From contig OZ037770.1 in the NCBI GenBank assembly GCA_964035545.1, positions 4,062,662 to 4,126,661 of the forward strand: 64,000 nucleotides of DNA. The letters run 5' to 3'. Origin of the DNA: Bugula neritina. Lineage: Eukaryota > Animalia > Bryozoa. Position numbers and translations under genes: made by a program. The notes under the pieces were generated by a model, which worked only from the letters and a program-made list of their open reading frames with translations, made no database searches and was not told the origin of the DNA. Positions 1-14,144 of the stretch are shown here, piece by piece (position 1 is the first letter of the stretch; each line of letters opens with the position of its first letter).

Positions 1-1387
1 GTTACCCTCCTCTCCCCCCCCCCCCAATATAGTGCTCGTGAAATCTCATTGGCACTCTTGGTTGTGCCTAATTTGTTTAATTGTTTTCTTTGTGACCTGA
101 CACTGTTTGTGCGTATTGTTGTAGGATATGATGATGGTAATAGGGACAGTGGCTATGGTGGTTGCAGGAATTTACGCTCTGTTTTACTCCATCAGCAAGA
201 CATAGTGTAGATCAACACATTGTTGTAACTTTCTCATTAGAGCTCAATGTGGATCTCAATTTGCCTAATTGTAGTAATCAGTAGAAGTCATTGTGTAGTA
301 TTGGCTGACCTCATATTATGTATTCTACGTCATACCATTAAGTAGAGCTTCGGGTCAAAGGTTACGTTACTTTTAATTTGACAATCATTTTATTGTGAAC
401 TCCATTGCATGTAGAGTTCTCCTTGTATTCAGAAAGACATGCGAGTGACAAGATGTAAATCTTGTAACTTTTTCTTGTCATTCTTTGTAATCAGTTTAAA
501 CTTACACCAAGTCTACAATCGCAAAACGTTTGAGTTGTGAAGCAATTTAAACAATTTCAACACACAATACATATTATGAAGCCTTGCTACTTAAAACATT
601 TAATATATCTTGTAAATTATTAGTTTTTTATTTTGATGGCTTGTGAGTTGTAGTAGTGCATTGTGCTCATTATCTTGTGGTCTCAGCATAGCATCACAAT
701 ATTTGTTGTTTATCTTTGAAATTGTCCTTTTTTTTCCTCAATGATTCGTCCAAAATACAAAAAACATTTCAGTGGTTGCTTTAAAATGTTACAGGCTGAA
801 TTTATAATTTTATAAAGATTTTATGCAAGATTACTTTTTGAAAGCTATTGATAGAACAAATAAATTAATTTATAGTAATTTGTCTTTCGGCTTTCATTTG
901 CTGGCTTTTTGATATATCCAAGTGTTTTAAAAGTCCTGACATATATTATAGCAGCTCTTAGAATTGCCCGCAGCACTCACTGCAGTGGTTAGCTGTATTG
1001 CTCATGATGTAGATCTGTATTGTAAAGCTTAAATTGACTATGATTTGGAAGAAAAGATGCAATATTAAATTTTGTTTGATGAAGGCTACTACTAGTTAAA
1101 GTGCAACAATTTGAACTTGGATATATATTAATAGTTGCATAGTACATATTATATAAGTATGTATTGTAATATATGCATAATATGTAATTATATGCTGTAA
1201 TACATATTATGTTTGTATTGGCTATACAAGTGTGCATATGTATTTAAAAGGCATCTGACAAAAATTACACAAAATACTACATGCAAAAAGAAACTCTGTA
1301 ATTACTATAAGCTATACAGAAATGTTACATCAAATTAAACAGAATATAATATACTAAATAATTTGGCTAATCTGTATTATTGAGTTT

Positions 1388-1463
1388 ACCCAGCTGTGGT
1401 GTGATGGTTTAACTCGCCTGCTTGCAAGCCGGAGGTCTGTGGTTCGAATCCCGGTATAGGGCA
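1388..1463 (+). mobile_element. tRNA-derived SINE head or tRNA pseudogene
   Basis: Pol III A-box-like TGGTGTGATGG and perfect B-box GGTTCGAATCC (1441-1451) at tRNA spacing, followed by a T run; the acceptor and anticodon stems do not pair well, so not a functional tRNA. Confidence 0.6.
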
Positions 1464-3088
1464 ATTTTTTAACATATCCCAAGTTGCTGACTCCACCAGC
1501 TCTCCTGAAAGTATATATTCATGCATTGAGGTCTCTGATAAGTTGTGTATAGAGAGCTAATGTGTATTATTTCAACATATCATTATGTATATATTAATAA
1601 TCTTCAACTATACATAAGGCTCTAAAATGAAAAGCCATACAAATATGAAATTCTGACAATCATAATATTCTTACACAAATCCATCCTTCTTATAGATGTT
1701 AATATACTATATATAATATACTATGATATATATGCACGTTACCTATTTGGGGTTTTATGCCACCTACCATTGTAAATTATTTTGATATTGAGTGCATTTT
1801 CTACTTAAATAAAGATAGGAAATTGATATGCCTAAACGGATAAATTGATATTATAGAAAGACAAAACTATTACTTGAATTTTTATGCTGAAAGCTACCTT
1901 TTCTTTAACTTTTTTGTTTTAATATATACATCTCATAGCTTTGGATGAAGATGAGATGAGTGGTGGGTGAAAGCATGGAAGACTTTATGAATATTCTTTA
2001 TGGTCAATATAATAATATAAACTCCAACATACCAGACTGCCTACAGCAACTGATGCAAGAAACCTGCCTACCTAATAGGCTGAGAATACAACTCCTATGT
2101 AAGTCTGTGTTAAACCTCTCTTCAGGGCTATTTCTGGGAACAGAGGATAAAGGAAAGACTCTACGCACACTGCCCCACCCTGTAGTAACAGAACTACAGT
2201 TAATAGTCCTAAGTCTTTCCATCTCTAACCAACTCCTGGGTATTTCTGACTTTTTAAATATTCATTTGATTTGTTTATAGTCTTCTCTGAATTTTCAACC
2301 AAGAGTGACAACTCCTGACTTGATACTTACAGTCATTTAAGACATTTATTAACTGTCCCATGTTTTATTATTATTGAAAACGGAACTAAATATATTTTAA
2401 CATCAATAAGTTAGGTATCATGGTATTATAGAAAGTGCATCTAATGAAATATATATATTATAATATAAATTTAAAAATGGGCAACAGAACTATAAAAACT
2501 GTATTTGAGACAATTCTTATAGCTCTAGGGAAGAAATCAGTTGAAGTTTGAAATTTATATAACCAAGTAATTATTGTGTTTACTTATATCTCAGTGGGTA
2601 TAAGCCCTATACAGGTTTCTGTAAAATTATATAAGTGTTATTTCAGTGAATTTCATTATATCAGTGTGGTATATTTAAGAGTGTTGACTTTAAACCATGA
2701 AAAATCATAATGCCGCTATTGGTACCGCGAGTTTATATAAGTTATAAAGGAAAAATTTTGCCACTTTTGTGATTTTATTTTTTTTTATCTTATGTGTCCA
2801 TTTTTTTAGTTTTGTTTATTGGTAAAGTTTTTAAACATATTTTCAATGCATGTAAAATTAAAAAAAAATTAAAACTCAATCATGCACGTAAATACAAAGC
2901 TATAAAGTTTAAGCTTCGCTGTGATTACAACGTGAATATGAATTGAATATTTATGCTTGCAATAACCATTATACACAAAATACGTTACAGTTGCTATAAA
3001 TGTAAGACTAGTAAATAGGATGAAAATAGGAACGGTAATACTACTTAATTTATGCTATTTTAAAAATTTGAAGTAAATATTTGGCATG

Positions 3089-3291
<203 letters not shown>

Positions 3292-3419
3292 ATGTATGCT
3301 GATTGTCAATCTAGTTGGAGTTCCAGCAAAGTAAAGTGCTCGATATCACGGGTGACAGAGCTAATATAATGTAGTGTGTTCAGATTGTTAATGATACATA
3401 TATATTTTTTTATTTAAAC

Positions 3420-4265
3420 AATCTCCCACGACTATATAGTTTCGTACAGTGAACTGCACTCGTCAGGTGTTAGACTAAAAATAAATAAAATCTATGAAGC
3501 ATACCGATTATTCAAATTTTTACATAAAGAAAACTATCATGCTAAACACAACGTAAAACGAAATGCAAACATAGTAGTGGATTTGGTGTTATCTATCAAT
3601 TAATTAAATTGCTCTTTTTCTAAAGGATTAGACTATAAAAGCTAGATGTTTGATGGAAAGGGTAATTTATAATAGGTAGTACTATGGTTGAGAATTGTTA
3701 GTATTGTTATGTTATGTTGCCCAGGTAGTGCTTACGTGCATGTCTGCATGTGGATAGAATCTCATTTCTGTTATTAAGGGAAGATTTGCTGGGCTGGTAT
3801 ATTATGAAATATTTTTCCCATGCATAGGCAGAGGTTGCACCTTTTAGTGACTTTGTTGTATGAGTTGGTCTTTTTCATAATTTTCCATGTTATGTCAAAA
3901 TAGGTGTTCTTGTCTTTTACTTTCCAGATATATTTGCTCAATTCAGTATGGTTCTTTTTTGTTTTATTGTTAAAAGTTGATTTGTGGTTATACAATCTGG
4001 TTTTGAATTCTGTTTCTGATGTTCCCACGTAAGTCTGGGGTTGGCTGCCATCTTTGGTTGTAACTGTAGCTTGGTATATGATGCACTTTGTGAGGCATTT
4101 TTCATCTAGTGGGCACACTGTGCTGTTTCTGCAGTTACATTCTCGAGGAGGTTGGTTTGCTGGGTTGAGTAATCTTTTATTGTGGCTGTTGATTATGTTG
4201 TTTAAATTTCTGCAGCAGCTGTAACTGAGTTTTATGTTGTTTTTGTTGAAAATTTTGTAGAGTTT
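3420..4265 (-). mobile_element. Penelope-like retroelement 3' fragment (GIY-YIG endonuclease)
   Basis: ORF 3774-4118 CPLDEKCLTKCIIYQATV..TYVGTSETEFKTRLYNHKSTF is the Penelope GIY-YIG domain; hammerhead downstream. Confidence 0.9.
3427..3469 (-). ncRNA. Minimal type I hammerhead ribozyme in Penelope-like element 3' region
   Basis: Minus strand reads cac-CUGACGA-gugcag(uuca)cuguac-GAAA-cuauauag-UC-gug: complete core, 6-bp stem II, palindromic stem III, 3-bp stem I. Confidence 0.85.
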
Positions 4266-4269
4266 GGGG

Positions 4270-5063
4270 CAGCTATGACGGTGCCGAATGTTGCACTCTG
4301 GTCGGCATATTTTTACTATATAAAATCAACCAGAAGTTTGGAAATACCTTTGGTCTATAGCGTGATGACGGCCTATAGGAGTAATCAACGACGCCGCAAA
4401 AAATATAGATAGAATTAAAAAATCAATCTGCAAAATTTTCCAAAAACATAATCTAAATATCACCATTGAAGTAAACAAAAAAGTCGTCAACTATCTAGAT
4501 ATAAATTTTGACATCAGCAAAAGAACACACAAACCCCATGTAAAACCTAACAGCGAAATCCTATATGTAAACTCCAAATCCAACTAACAACCCCATATCA
4601 CAAGAAACATTCCACATGCCATAAACAACAGGCTCTCCAATCTCTCATCTAACGAAGAAGTCTTCAGTCAAACAACAAAAATACACCAAGAAGCTCTAAG
4701 TAAAAGTGGATACACACATAACCTAACATTCCAGCCAACACACACCACTAGCAGACCAAAAAGAGAAAGACGACGAAACATCACATGGTATAACTCCCCA
4801 TTCTCCAAAAGTGTAACAAGCAACCTGGGAAAACAATTTTTTAAAATCCTGGAGGAAGAAATACCCAAAGATCACAAACTCTACAAAATTTTCAACAAAA
4901 ACAACATAAAACTCAGTTACAGCTGCTGCAGAAATTTAAACAACATAATCAACAGCCACAATAAAAGATTACTCAACCCAGCAAACCAACCTTTCTTCGA
5001 GAATGTAACTGCAGAAACAGCACAGTGTGCCCACTAGATGGAAAATGCCTCACAAAGTGCATC
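4270..5063 (+). mobile_element. Penelope-like RT C-terminal fragment, inverted relative to 3420-4265
   Basis: Degenerate RT/thumb text (VNYLDINFD, RRRNITWYNSPFSKSV); ~4874-5063 is an inverted copy of ~4080-4265. Confidence 0.85.
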
Positions 5064-5358
<295 letters not shown>

Positions 5359-6215
5359 CATGCCAAATATTTACTACAAATTTCAAAAATAGCATAACTT
5401 AAGTAGTATTACCGTGCCTATTTGCATCCAATTTACTAGTCTTACATTTATAGCAACTGTAACGTATTTTGTGTAGATTGGTTATTGCAAGCATTATTCA
5501 ATTCATATTTACATTGTAATCACAGAGAAGCTTCAACTTTATAGCTTTGTATTTACGTGCATGATTGAGTTGTAATTTTTTTTAAAATTTTATGTGCATA
5601 AAAAATGTGTTTAAAAACTTTACCAATAAACAAAACAAAAAAAATGTACACATAAAATAGAAAAAAAATAAAATAACAAAAGTGACAAAATTTTTCCTTT
5701 ATAACTTATATAAACTCGCGGTACCAATCTCGGCATAATGGCGCCCATATGATTCCGTAAGATTACCTAATGTCAACACTCCTAATATATACCACTCTGC
5801 ATTTTATTAGCTGGCCTTTACAATGCATTTCAGGCGCTAGGCAACATCTCTAGTACAGTGTTTTCACTACCTATCGGTATACTGTATCCATGACACCTAT
5901 TATTGTATATATAGCCTGTCACACCTCAAGTTGCAACTCATGTTATATAACTATATAACATAAAGTTTTTATAACAGCATTCCAATAATCATCTCTATCA
6001 TGATAAAAATGTAATTATATTCTAAAGGAGTTAATTAGTTGGTAAACATTTTACCTTATTCATAAATTTATCATAGAAGTGTTAGACTAATAATAAGTTA
6101 GCTCCCTAAGAAGGTTATATAGCATGATACCATTAGTTGCCTACATTACATGCATGCAGCATGCTATAATAGCTATGCATAGTTTTATTAAAGTTTTTAT
6201 TTTAGCATTATTTAT

Positions 6216-6399
6216 ATGATTATTTGAGGTATTTCTGTGATTATTTGAGGTATTTTTATGATTATTTTGAGGTATTTCTATGATTATTTGAGGTATTTCT
6301 ATGATTATTTGAAAAATTTCTATAATTATTTGAAGTATTTCTATGATTATTTGAAGTATATCTATGATTATTTGAAGTATTTCTATAATTATTTGAGGC
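6216..6399. repeat. 21-bp minisatellite (ATGATTATTTGAGGTATTTCT), ~9 copies
   Basis: Direct inspection. Confidence 0.9.
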
Positions 6400-6710
6400 A
6401 TTAAAACAGATAAAAAAGCTGTGGCATTTTACAGATGTAGCGACCATTAGAACTGAACGGACTAATAGATGCCGTAAAAATCAATTTATATGAAAGTCTA
6501 ATTGCAGTCTTTATGTGCATGACAGCAAAATTAGCTGTACATAAGCTGTGCCATACTAAATACAGAAAAGCATAGAATATAGTTAATGTAGCTATGAAAC
6601 TCTAATTAAAGTTATAATGATGCGTGCTTGTTGTTTACATATTAAAAAATTGTATCAAAAGCTTTTATTACTCATAAAATGTTCCAACAGTAACCAAGGT
6701 TGCTGACATA

Positions 6711-6714
<4 letters not shown>

Positions 6715-6764
<50 letters not shown>
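6715..6764. repeat. (TA)n microsatellite
   Basis: Direct inspection. Confidence 0.95.
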
Positions 6765-6766
<2 letters not shown>

Positions 6767-6915
6767 CACTACAATTGAGTTGTATTCAATGATATGCTAT
6801 TAGTTTTGGGCAAAGACCCATATCCATTAGCAGCTAAATTGGGAAAATATCTAAAAACTGGAGATTTTGAGTGTGTAATAAATTATGCAAAATGATCCTT
6901 TTCTGTTTGCACCTT

Positions 6916-8740
6916 CTACTGCTTCTTCCGCAGAATCTCATAAGCCGTTGAAACCCTCTCAATCAGCTTTCTCACGTATTTATGTATCGAGGCCTTGGGT
7001 ACTGAAACATGGTCTGTCAGGTGCTCTGTGACTCGGGTCTTTCGGCCAAGCATCATGAGGTTTGATGTCTGCTGGATACTGAAGCGTATTGAGCTGTGGT
7101 ATTTTTGCATGATTTGTGGCAGAACCAAGTCCCATTCCTTCTGACTTCTGCCCAAGAGTTCCTCTGGCCATCTCCATGCATACATGCTGTTTTTCCGCTT
7201 TACAATTTTGTTTCCTTTTGGGTCATATGCGGTTCTCCAACTCTAATTCACCCCCTATAATATTTGGTAAAAGTCACTCATCAGCTGACACTGGAACTGA
7301 GTATCTTGATACATATAGACTTTATCTGGTAGCCTGAAAGAACAGAAAGCACCTTGGTTTGGCGCCCAGGCTAATGTGATGGCCAGAGTATTGACCCACT
7401 TGGTGAAGTGGTCTGTGAGCACCAGAATCCAGGTGTGTTCTTCTGTCACATAACAGTATTATAGGCCCGACTACTCCCACTACCCCTATTTGCCATGGTT
7501 GGCCAGCATGCAGGTGGGGCTGCCCATTGGCTTTTGTTGTTGGTTATGTTTACTAGCCTGACAAACTTTGCACTGAGATATACACAGTTGCATGCCTAGA
7601 GTTGATTCAGCCAGTACCAGCGCAGCTGTAGACATAATTATGCTTACTCAACTTGCGCCATCATGAGCCTGCTTACGGGTGTCCCAGATTAATTCTTATT
7701 GCAGGCCACCCACTCCCTCTCCTAGTGTCAGCTGCCAGTAAAATGGTTAACAACTCATTCAGGTTCAACCTAAAGGAATAACAACGACATCAGTTGGAAC
7801 TAAACGCCTCCTAATTGTTGCTGCCCTTTACTGGGTTATATTTCCTTTTTCTTGGCCTGCAATATGTCTTCTACCACATCACAGAGTGTCTTCTAAAGTC
7901 TGTTCAGCTCTTTGACGTTTCGGTACCGAGTTGGGTTAGCACGGAAGGCGTTGACAGCATATGAGTGGGTTTCACACTGCAGGTGGCCCTGCTCCCAGTT
8001 GTAGGCGCTAACCTTCTCCAACTGCTCTTTAATGTCAAATCAAGCGAGTCCCCTATTTTGTCTCTCTATGTGCAAGCACTGCTTAAAGTCCCCCTTTGGA
8101 TGGTGGCTCAGGTCATCAAAAAAATTTTATGCTCCTTGCCCGCACAATTCTCTATTTGGTAGGAGAACTCAGCAAGGACCACCAACCAACGACTAAGCTG
8201 GCTTGATGGTTCAGCACGCTCATATCAGTGATGCATGGTCAGTTCGCAACCTACACGTTTGCCCATACAGATTTGACCGGAAGTGCTTCACCACCTTGAG
8301 TACTGCTATGCGTTCCTACCTTGTGGTGCAATAGTTCTTCTTGTCAGCCAAATGAGTCTAGCTGTAGTAAGCCGCTACCACCTTTCTCCTACCCTGAACT
8401 AGGGACTATACAGTCCCAACTTGTGTTTAGCTGCGTCTGTATTCAACATATGCTCTTTGGCCGAGAATGGGTAAGCGAGGATGGGTACCTCTACCAGCCA
8501 GTCTTTGATGTGGTCTAATGCCTGCTGCTCTTTCTGTGTTTTGTGATACTCTTCCAAACCCCAGACTGCACTGCTTATAGTACCTTTCCAGGTCCCGGAA
8601 TGCCTACAACTCATGTAGGTCTTGAGGAACACTTCACTCCTCCACAGTACGTACCATCTTTTGATTCATAGCAACTCTATCTCAGCCGACCACATGTTCC
8701 ATATTTTTGACCTTTTGCCATAGAAGTGAACACTTAAAGG
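6916..8740 (-). mobile_element. Degenerate Ty3/Gypsy pol fragment (RNase H, integrase)
   Basis: Broken ORFs with PILAYP, LNTDA, LVLTDHFTKW, EWDLVLPQIM; homologous to 42800-44600. Confidence 0.85.
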
Positions 8741-9960
8741 ACGTCATACTCTAGAAGTCAGATGCTGTCTGATTTTTAACATTTAGCATCCTATTTCGAA
8801 CAAATTCGTCTTCCGGAAATGAGATTTGAGCATCTGATCCGCCAAATCAGATGCCCGATTCAAAACCGGACAAATTCAAATTTTGGTTATAAGAATGATG
8901 ACTATACAATATTAAAAGATTCTTGAAAATGTTAAAAAAAGTTATTCCAAAGGCTATTATAAGGATTCAAGCACAAGTAGACATGAAAAGGGAGATAATT
9001 CCCAAAATATATTATATATAATATATACACTTCTGTCTCAATTTTTTCCGCTGAAAGAATGCTATGTCCGAGCTTGCAAAGCTAATCTGCGAAGAGATTA
9101 CATTACAAAGTACACCTGTATAATCCAATCCAATTAATCTTTCTAGCTCAGTGCAAAGTTTTGCCTTTGACTTCATGAAGGAAGTTCCACTTCATACTAA
9201 CCAATCGAGCTGAAAGATAGACATTCATGAAATGTATTAGCAAAACCAGAGTTATAATTTTCTAAAAGAGGCATAAATTTCAATCAATGAAAAGACAACT
9301 ACCATAGATCTGTAAGAGTTGCTATGCAACCAACAATAATATTATTTGTATATAATAAGGAAATAAATCATGCAGACATGAATGGAAAACACTCAATTAG
9401 TTAACATAATTACTGCAAGCATACAAAGCCTAATGCAGTTGAGACGAAATATTGCTGGTGTAGCAAGGTGAATGAGGTGTTGGTACTTAAATAAATGCAT
9501 GTATTACTCACTTGTTAGCACAACGTCTTCATGTGAGTTTAATTGTGAAAAAATCAATGAACTTTGCTAGATAGGGTAACTAGCAGCTGGCACATCTATG
9601 TAGTGACTATACTGAGCAGGTGCTTTTATTTCATAGCCGTGACACATTTTTTAAGAATTTTTAAGATGCTATACACTTAAGAGCCTTCAAGACGCCGGGT
9701 TATGTAATATGTTATTAGTATTCCCTTTACATGTTGCCTATATAGCCACCGTACAAGTTTTCTTTTGATCTTGAAATGTAATCAGTTTTAATTTCAACAC
9801 GTAATTTGTTTTATACAAAATAAATGTAGATGGACAAAATACAGTAAAAAAAGAAAAATTATTAAAATAAGACTATACAGTAAAGTGCAGCAAATCTACC
9901 AAACAATAAAATAACTTTCCTTAGTAAGCATTGATATTTTAACAACTTACTGTTAAATAT

Positions 9961-12900
9961 TGTTATTATTTTGCGATTATAATAAGAGTGGGAGTTCGTG
10001 TATTATCTAGTTATCCACGTTGCATGTTGCAGTACTAGACAGAGAGTTGCGATAGAAGATATATTTAATAGACTAATAGAATACTAGTAACACTGGTCGA
10101 GAATATACATATAAAACATAGGACTTCTGATTACATACAGCATCACGCTCTGACTGAGCACACTAACCATACACAAACTAGAGTCTAGTTATAATGCCGG
10201 GAACAGATCACGTGTCGTACGTGATTGGCTAGTGAGCGCATGGCCCTACGCTTCACTGCCCACTACACCGTCCCCTCCAGCAGGGAGCCCACTTCCTGCT
10301 AAAAAAATATAAAACAGGAGGGAAGCGTAGAATAAAATGATACACACACAAAAAGATGTAAATACCTATATACAAAAAAACAGAAGTAGAATCCAGTTAC
10401 ATACAAAAAACGTGCATAAAATAATACTGAGATATACTGAGTAATTGGTAAGTCTTATATATAGAATACGTTCCACGGTAACACCGGTGTGACGCCACGG
10501 AGAGGTAGAGATGGGGTAGAGGAGAGATAGTCCAGGTCCAAAAGGTTAAGATAAGGAAAGGAGGTCGGAGGGGTGTAGGGACCCATGTTAGTCTTGGGTC
10601 GCTCGCCTCAATTGACGAATGGATTCCTGTAATGACCGGAGTTCACTAAAGGCTGTTTTGATGCCGGGAGCTAACCGGTGTACTTCTTGCTCGAGCTCGT
10701 TGGCTCGGGTCTCGACCTCCCGCAGATTGCGGGAGGTCGAGACTGTTGGGGTCTATGTCTCTTCCGTTCAGCTGGAGGAAGTGGGGGAGGGAGTGTGTAT
10801 GCCTGAGTGTCGACTCTCTGTAACACGACACGGGGAAGTGTCTGCGGTCGACGTATGGAGTCAGAGGGTGGAGAGATAGAGGACCCAGGGGGTTTGACTA
10901 CTGGTCCTGGGGTGATTGGTCTTGGTGGAGGGAAGCCTTGCTCCAGGCGAGATAGCCGAGCTGTGTCTGTGACGAAGGGTCTAATGAGGTTCAGAAATGA
11001 AAGGTAAGAAGGTTCATCCACGTCGTAGATGTGCCCCTGGAAACAGTGCATTGGTGTCGTAACACGTAAACCCTATTATAGCTATACTCTCCGCAAGAGC
11101 AGAATGTTATTATGAAGTGCTGCGGCAGATGGATTCTCAGCCGCCGATGTGTCGTGAAACGTCGTTGGCATAAGCGGCATTCCCGGTTGCTGTCGTCACC
11201 CCGGTACTTCTTTATCTCTGTCTCCATGGCGGGAGTAATCCAGCTTGGTCTGGTTTCCAGCTGGTGTGGTAGGTGTTTAGTAGTGGAAAGTTGCGAGGTA
11301 GGTTCCGGATCCCATGCCATCTCTAACGAGGGCATCCCCGGAGAGCCTGGAGCGAGTGTGTCTTCTACAAAAGTAGAATTATTGTCGTGGTGGAGCTTTA
11401 TAGCATAATTCTGGTGACGATCGACTGTTACTAGCCTGAGAGTCACAACTTTTATAAGGCACTCGAGAGACCAGTTGATCACGTGTAGACTGACCAAGAA
11501 GGACAGTGTCTAGCTCCAGATCTAACAGACCGTCGGGCATTACTGTGTCCTCGTCGTCATTCACGTGAAACGTGGTCTCCAGTAATTTTGATTCAATCCG
11601 ACTGATTAGTTCAGAATTTACTAGCATCGAGCCTGTTTCCGTGGATAGGAATACAAGACTTATACTGGCTTACCTGTGAACTTGGTATTAGCTTCCATAC
11701 TCAACGTTCAATGGTAATAGTTTGAGGTACTTGCGAGGTACGTCTGCCCTTGGCGATGTCAGCGTAGGAAAAGGCTCGGCAGCGTTTCTGTGACATGAGG
11801 TTGGAACTATTTGCTTCACGCACAATAATTCCTCCCAATATTCCGCCCTCCCAAAAGTTGATATTTGCGTGGGGCTCGCAACTCCTACATTTTCCTGCTA
11901 GTTTTCCTATACGGTTTTCCCCTAGACTTTCATACGCGCCGCTTTTAATGCAGTCACATACAAAGTCTTTTAAATATGATGGGGGTTGCCTCGTACGTTG
12001 TCCCCGCTCCAGGGAAGGTGGCGCACTCACTGGTGGACTAGCAGGGGCCTCTGGCTGCGCCCCTACTTCACCGGTAGTGGTTACTTCTTCCTGTTCTCCG
12101 GATGGAGCCCCGCCCTCCGTGTGGGTTTGCACTTCCGGAGCCGGCTCAGTTTCTGGAAGTGACGGAACCAGACTTGGCGTAGGAGGTGGCGAACGCACTT
12201 CTGTAGGCAAAAGCGGTCACTCGTCTCGTACCAAGTCTTCTTCCTGTGGAATGACCACTTCATATTCAGGTCCGTCGCCCGCGCATTGTTGTCTGCCTCA
12301 TGGGCTCCAACAACGGGGGGCTTCTCCCACTGCGTCTGGGCTGGCCCAATACGGCTTCAAGCAAGCCTCATTCTGGATAGACACCTGTCCTGAGCGCTCG
12401 ATCTTGTAGGTATGGTTGGGCATAGCCTCGACTATCACGTAGGGTCCCACGAACTTAGGCTGTAACTTAGCCGCCCGTCTGCGACGCCTACAGTAATTGA
12501 CCATCCACACCCAATCTCCTGTCTGATAGAGGGGTGGCTCCTCGGAATCCTCGCACCGCACCTGTCACTGCTTTTCTCGCAGTATTTCGTGTGCAACCCT
12601 CATCCGTTCCACTAGTTCGCTGGCATACTCGCTGACCGAGTTGTCTTGCTCTGGAACGTGGTAGGTAAGATGGTCAGGGACACGAGTCCCTCTCCCGAGC
12701 ATCAGTAGGTTTCCGGCGGCGTGGTTGGCGCTGGTGGGGCTCAGAGCTCCCCACTGGACCTTCCGGCTCCTCTTCCTGAGGTAACCAGTGGAACCGGTTA
12801 GCGAGTGGCAGGGAAAAGGTACTCGGCCGCCGTGAGGGTCGGCTAGTCCTACGTGGTACCTGCCACTCGGGGGGGGGGGGGCATACCGTCGTGTTTGTAC

Positions 12901-14144
12901 AGACAGGCGGCGGCGTGTCTCACCATGTTCCTTCAGTCTCCGCTCGCGGAGAGGGAAGGCATCCGCGGGCCGTGACAGTTTAACACCCCCTCGTTCTGGG
13001 GTCGTCCTTGCTGTGTGCGGCTCTGGCCGCCACAGGTGCTGGGGACAACCGCGGGGCCTGGCCGGGGCCAGTGTTAGCAAGAATTGCTACTAGCTGTCCC
13101 AGCATCTCTACCATACAATCTACTTCTGCTTCCAAGGAGGGAGCTTCGGGGACCGCCGTAGCTCGAGAAGGAGATTGTAGCGCCACAGGTCCTCTTGCAG
13201 CATTAACTCCAACCGGCGGCGGGTTTCCTTGTCCTCGATGCAGTTGGGTAGCCAACATGTAAGCCTCTCCTGCCTTCAGGGCATCCTCCACTGTGGTTAT
13301 TCTTTTGGCTTGTAGTTGGTGGTGTAGGCCCAGGTCATTCAATGACTGGATGAAAGGGTCCTAGGTGTAACGCTCTTGGTGTTGTGCTGGTAGGTCGCCA
13401 TATGCAATCAGCGCCAACTTCTTAACCATAGCGGCATACTCTTGTAACGGGGTCCGCCGGGCGCGGCACAACCTTTCTAAACGGACCCTGACATCTACTG
13501 TATATCCTGTCTACGTCCGTTCCTAGCCCGTACGGCTTAGCTTGCTCCGCCAATGCCCTCCGCAATTGGATAAGGGCCACTCTCTGTGGCCATCGAGCAA
13601 TATCCATTATTTCTCTGAACTCCTGTATAAATTGTTCAACATCTTCCGACCCAGTAAAGGTGGGAGCTTTCAACCGGTAGCGATAAGCCTCCTCCTCTTG
13701 TAATGCTAGGCCCTCTGGAACTATTATAGTAGCAGGCTCACATTCTCCTCGTCGAGTTGGTGCTCTCGCCATCTTGGTTGTCGTCTTCAGTTTAGTTGCA
13801 TTCGTGCTAGTATACAGAATCCCATGGCTGCCACCACTGTTATAATTTTGCAATTATAATAAGAGTGGGAGTTCGTGTATTATCTAGTTATCTACGTTGC
13901 ATGTTGGAGTACTAGACGGAGAGTTGCGATAGAAGATATATTTAATACACTAATAGAATACGAGTAACACTGGTCGAGAAAATACATATAAAACATAAGA
14001 CTTCTGATAACATACAGCATCACGCTCTGACTGAGCACACTAACCATACACAAACTACAGTTTAGTTATAATGCCGGGAACAGATCACGTGTTGTACGTG
14101 ATTGGCTAGTGAGCGCATGGCCCGACGCTTCACTGCCCACTACA
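9961..14144 (-). mobile_element. Non-autonomous Ty3/Gypsy LTR retrotransposon (internal deletion)
   Basis: 307-bp LTRs 13838-14144 and 9961-10267 (TG..CA, ~14 mismatches), ATAT TSD, PBS TGGTGGCAGCCATGGGATT (tRNA-Leu-like), PPT at 10268-10278; gag remnant joined directly to integrase C-terminus at ~12710. Confidence 0.92.
10590..11627 (-). pseudogene. Frameshifted accessory ORF with C2H2-type zinc fingers downstream of Gypsy pol
   Basis: CRLCQRRFTTHRRLRIHLPQH-FIITFCSCGEYSYNRVYVLRHQ in ORF 10991-11497, continued in neighbouring frames. Confidence 0.7.

Noticed and set aside
1388-1463. Functional tRNA-Ala(TGC)
   Set aside because: Acceptor and anticodon stems do not pair; more likely a SINE head
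1960-2280. 106-aa ORF as a host gene exon
   Set aside because: No recognisable motif and no partner exons found
11795-12409. Plus-strand ORFs over Gypsy elements (also 42855-43322, 46644-47042)
   Set aside because: Antisense shadows of GC-rich retroelement coding sequence
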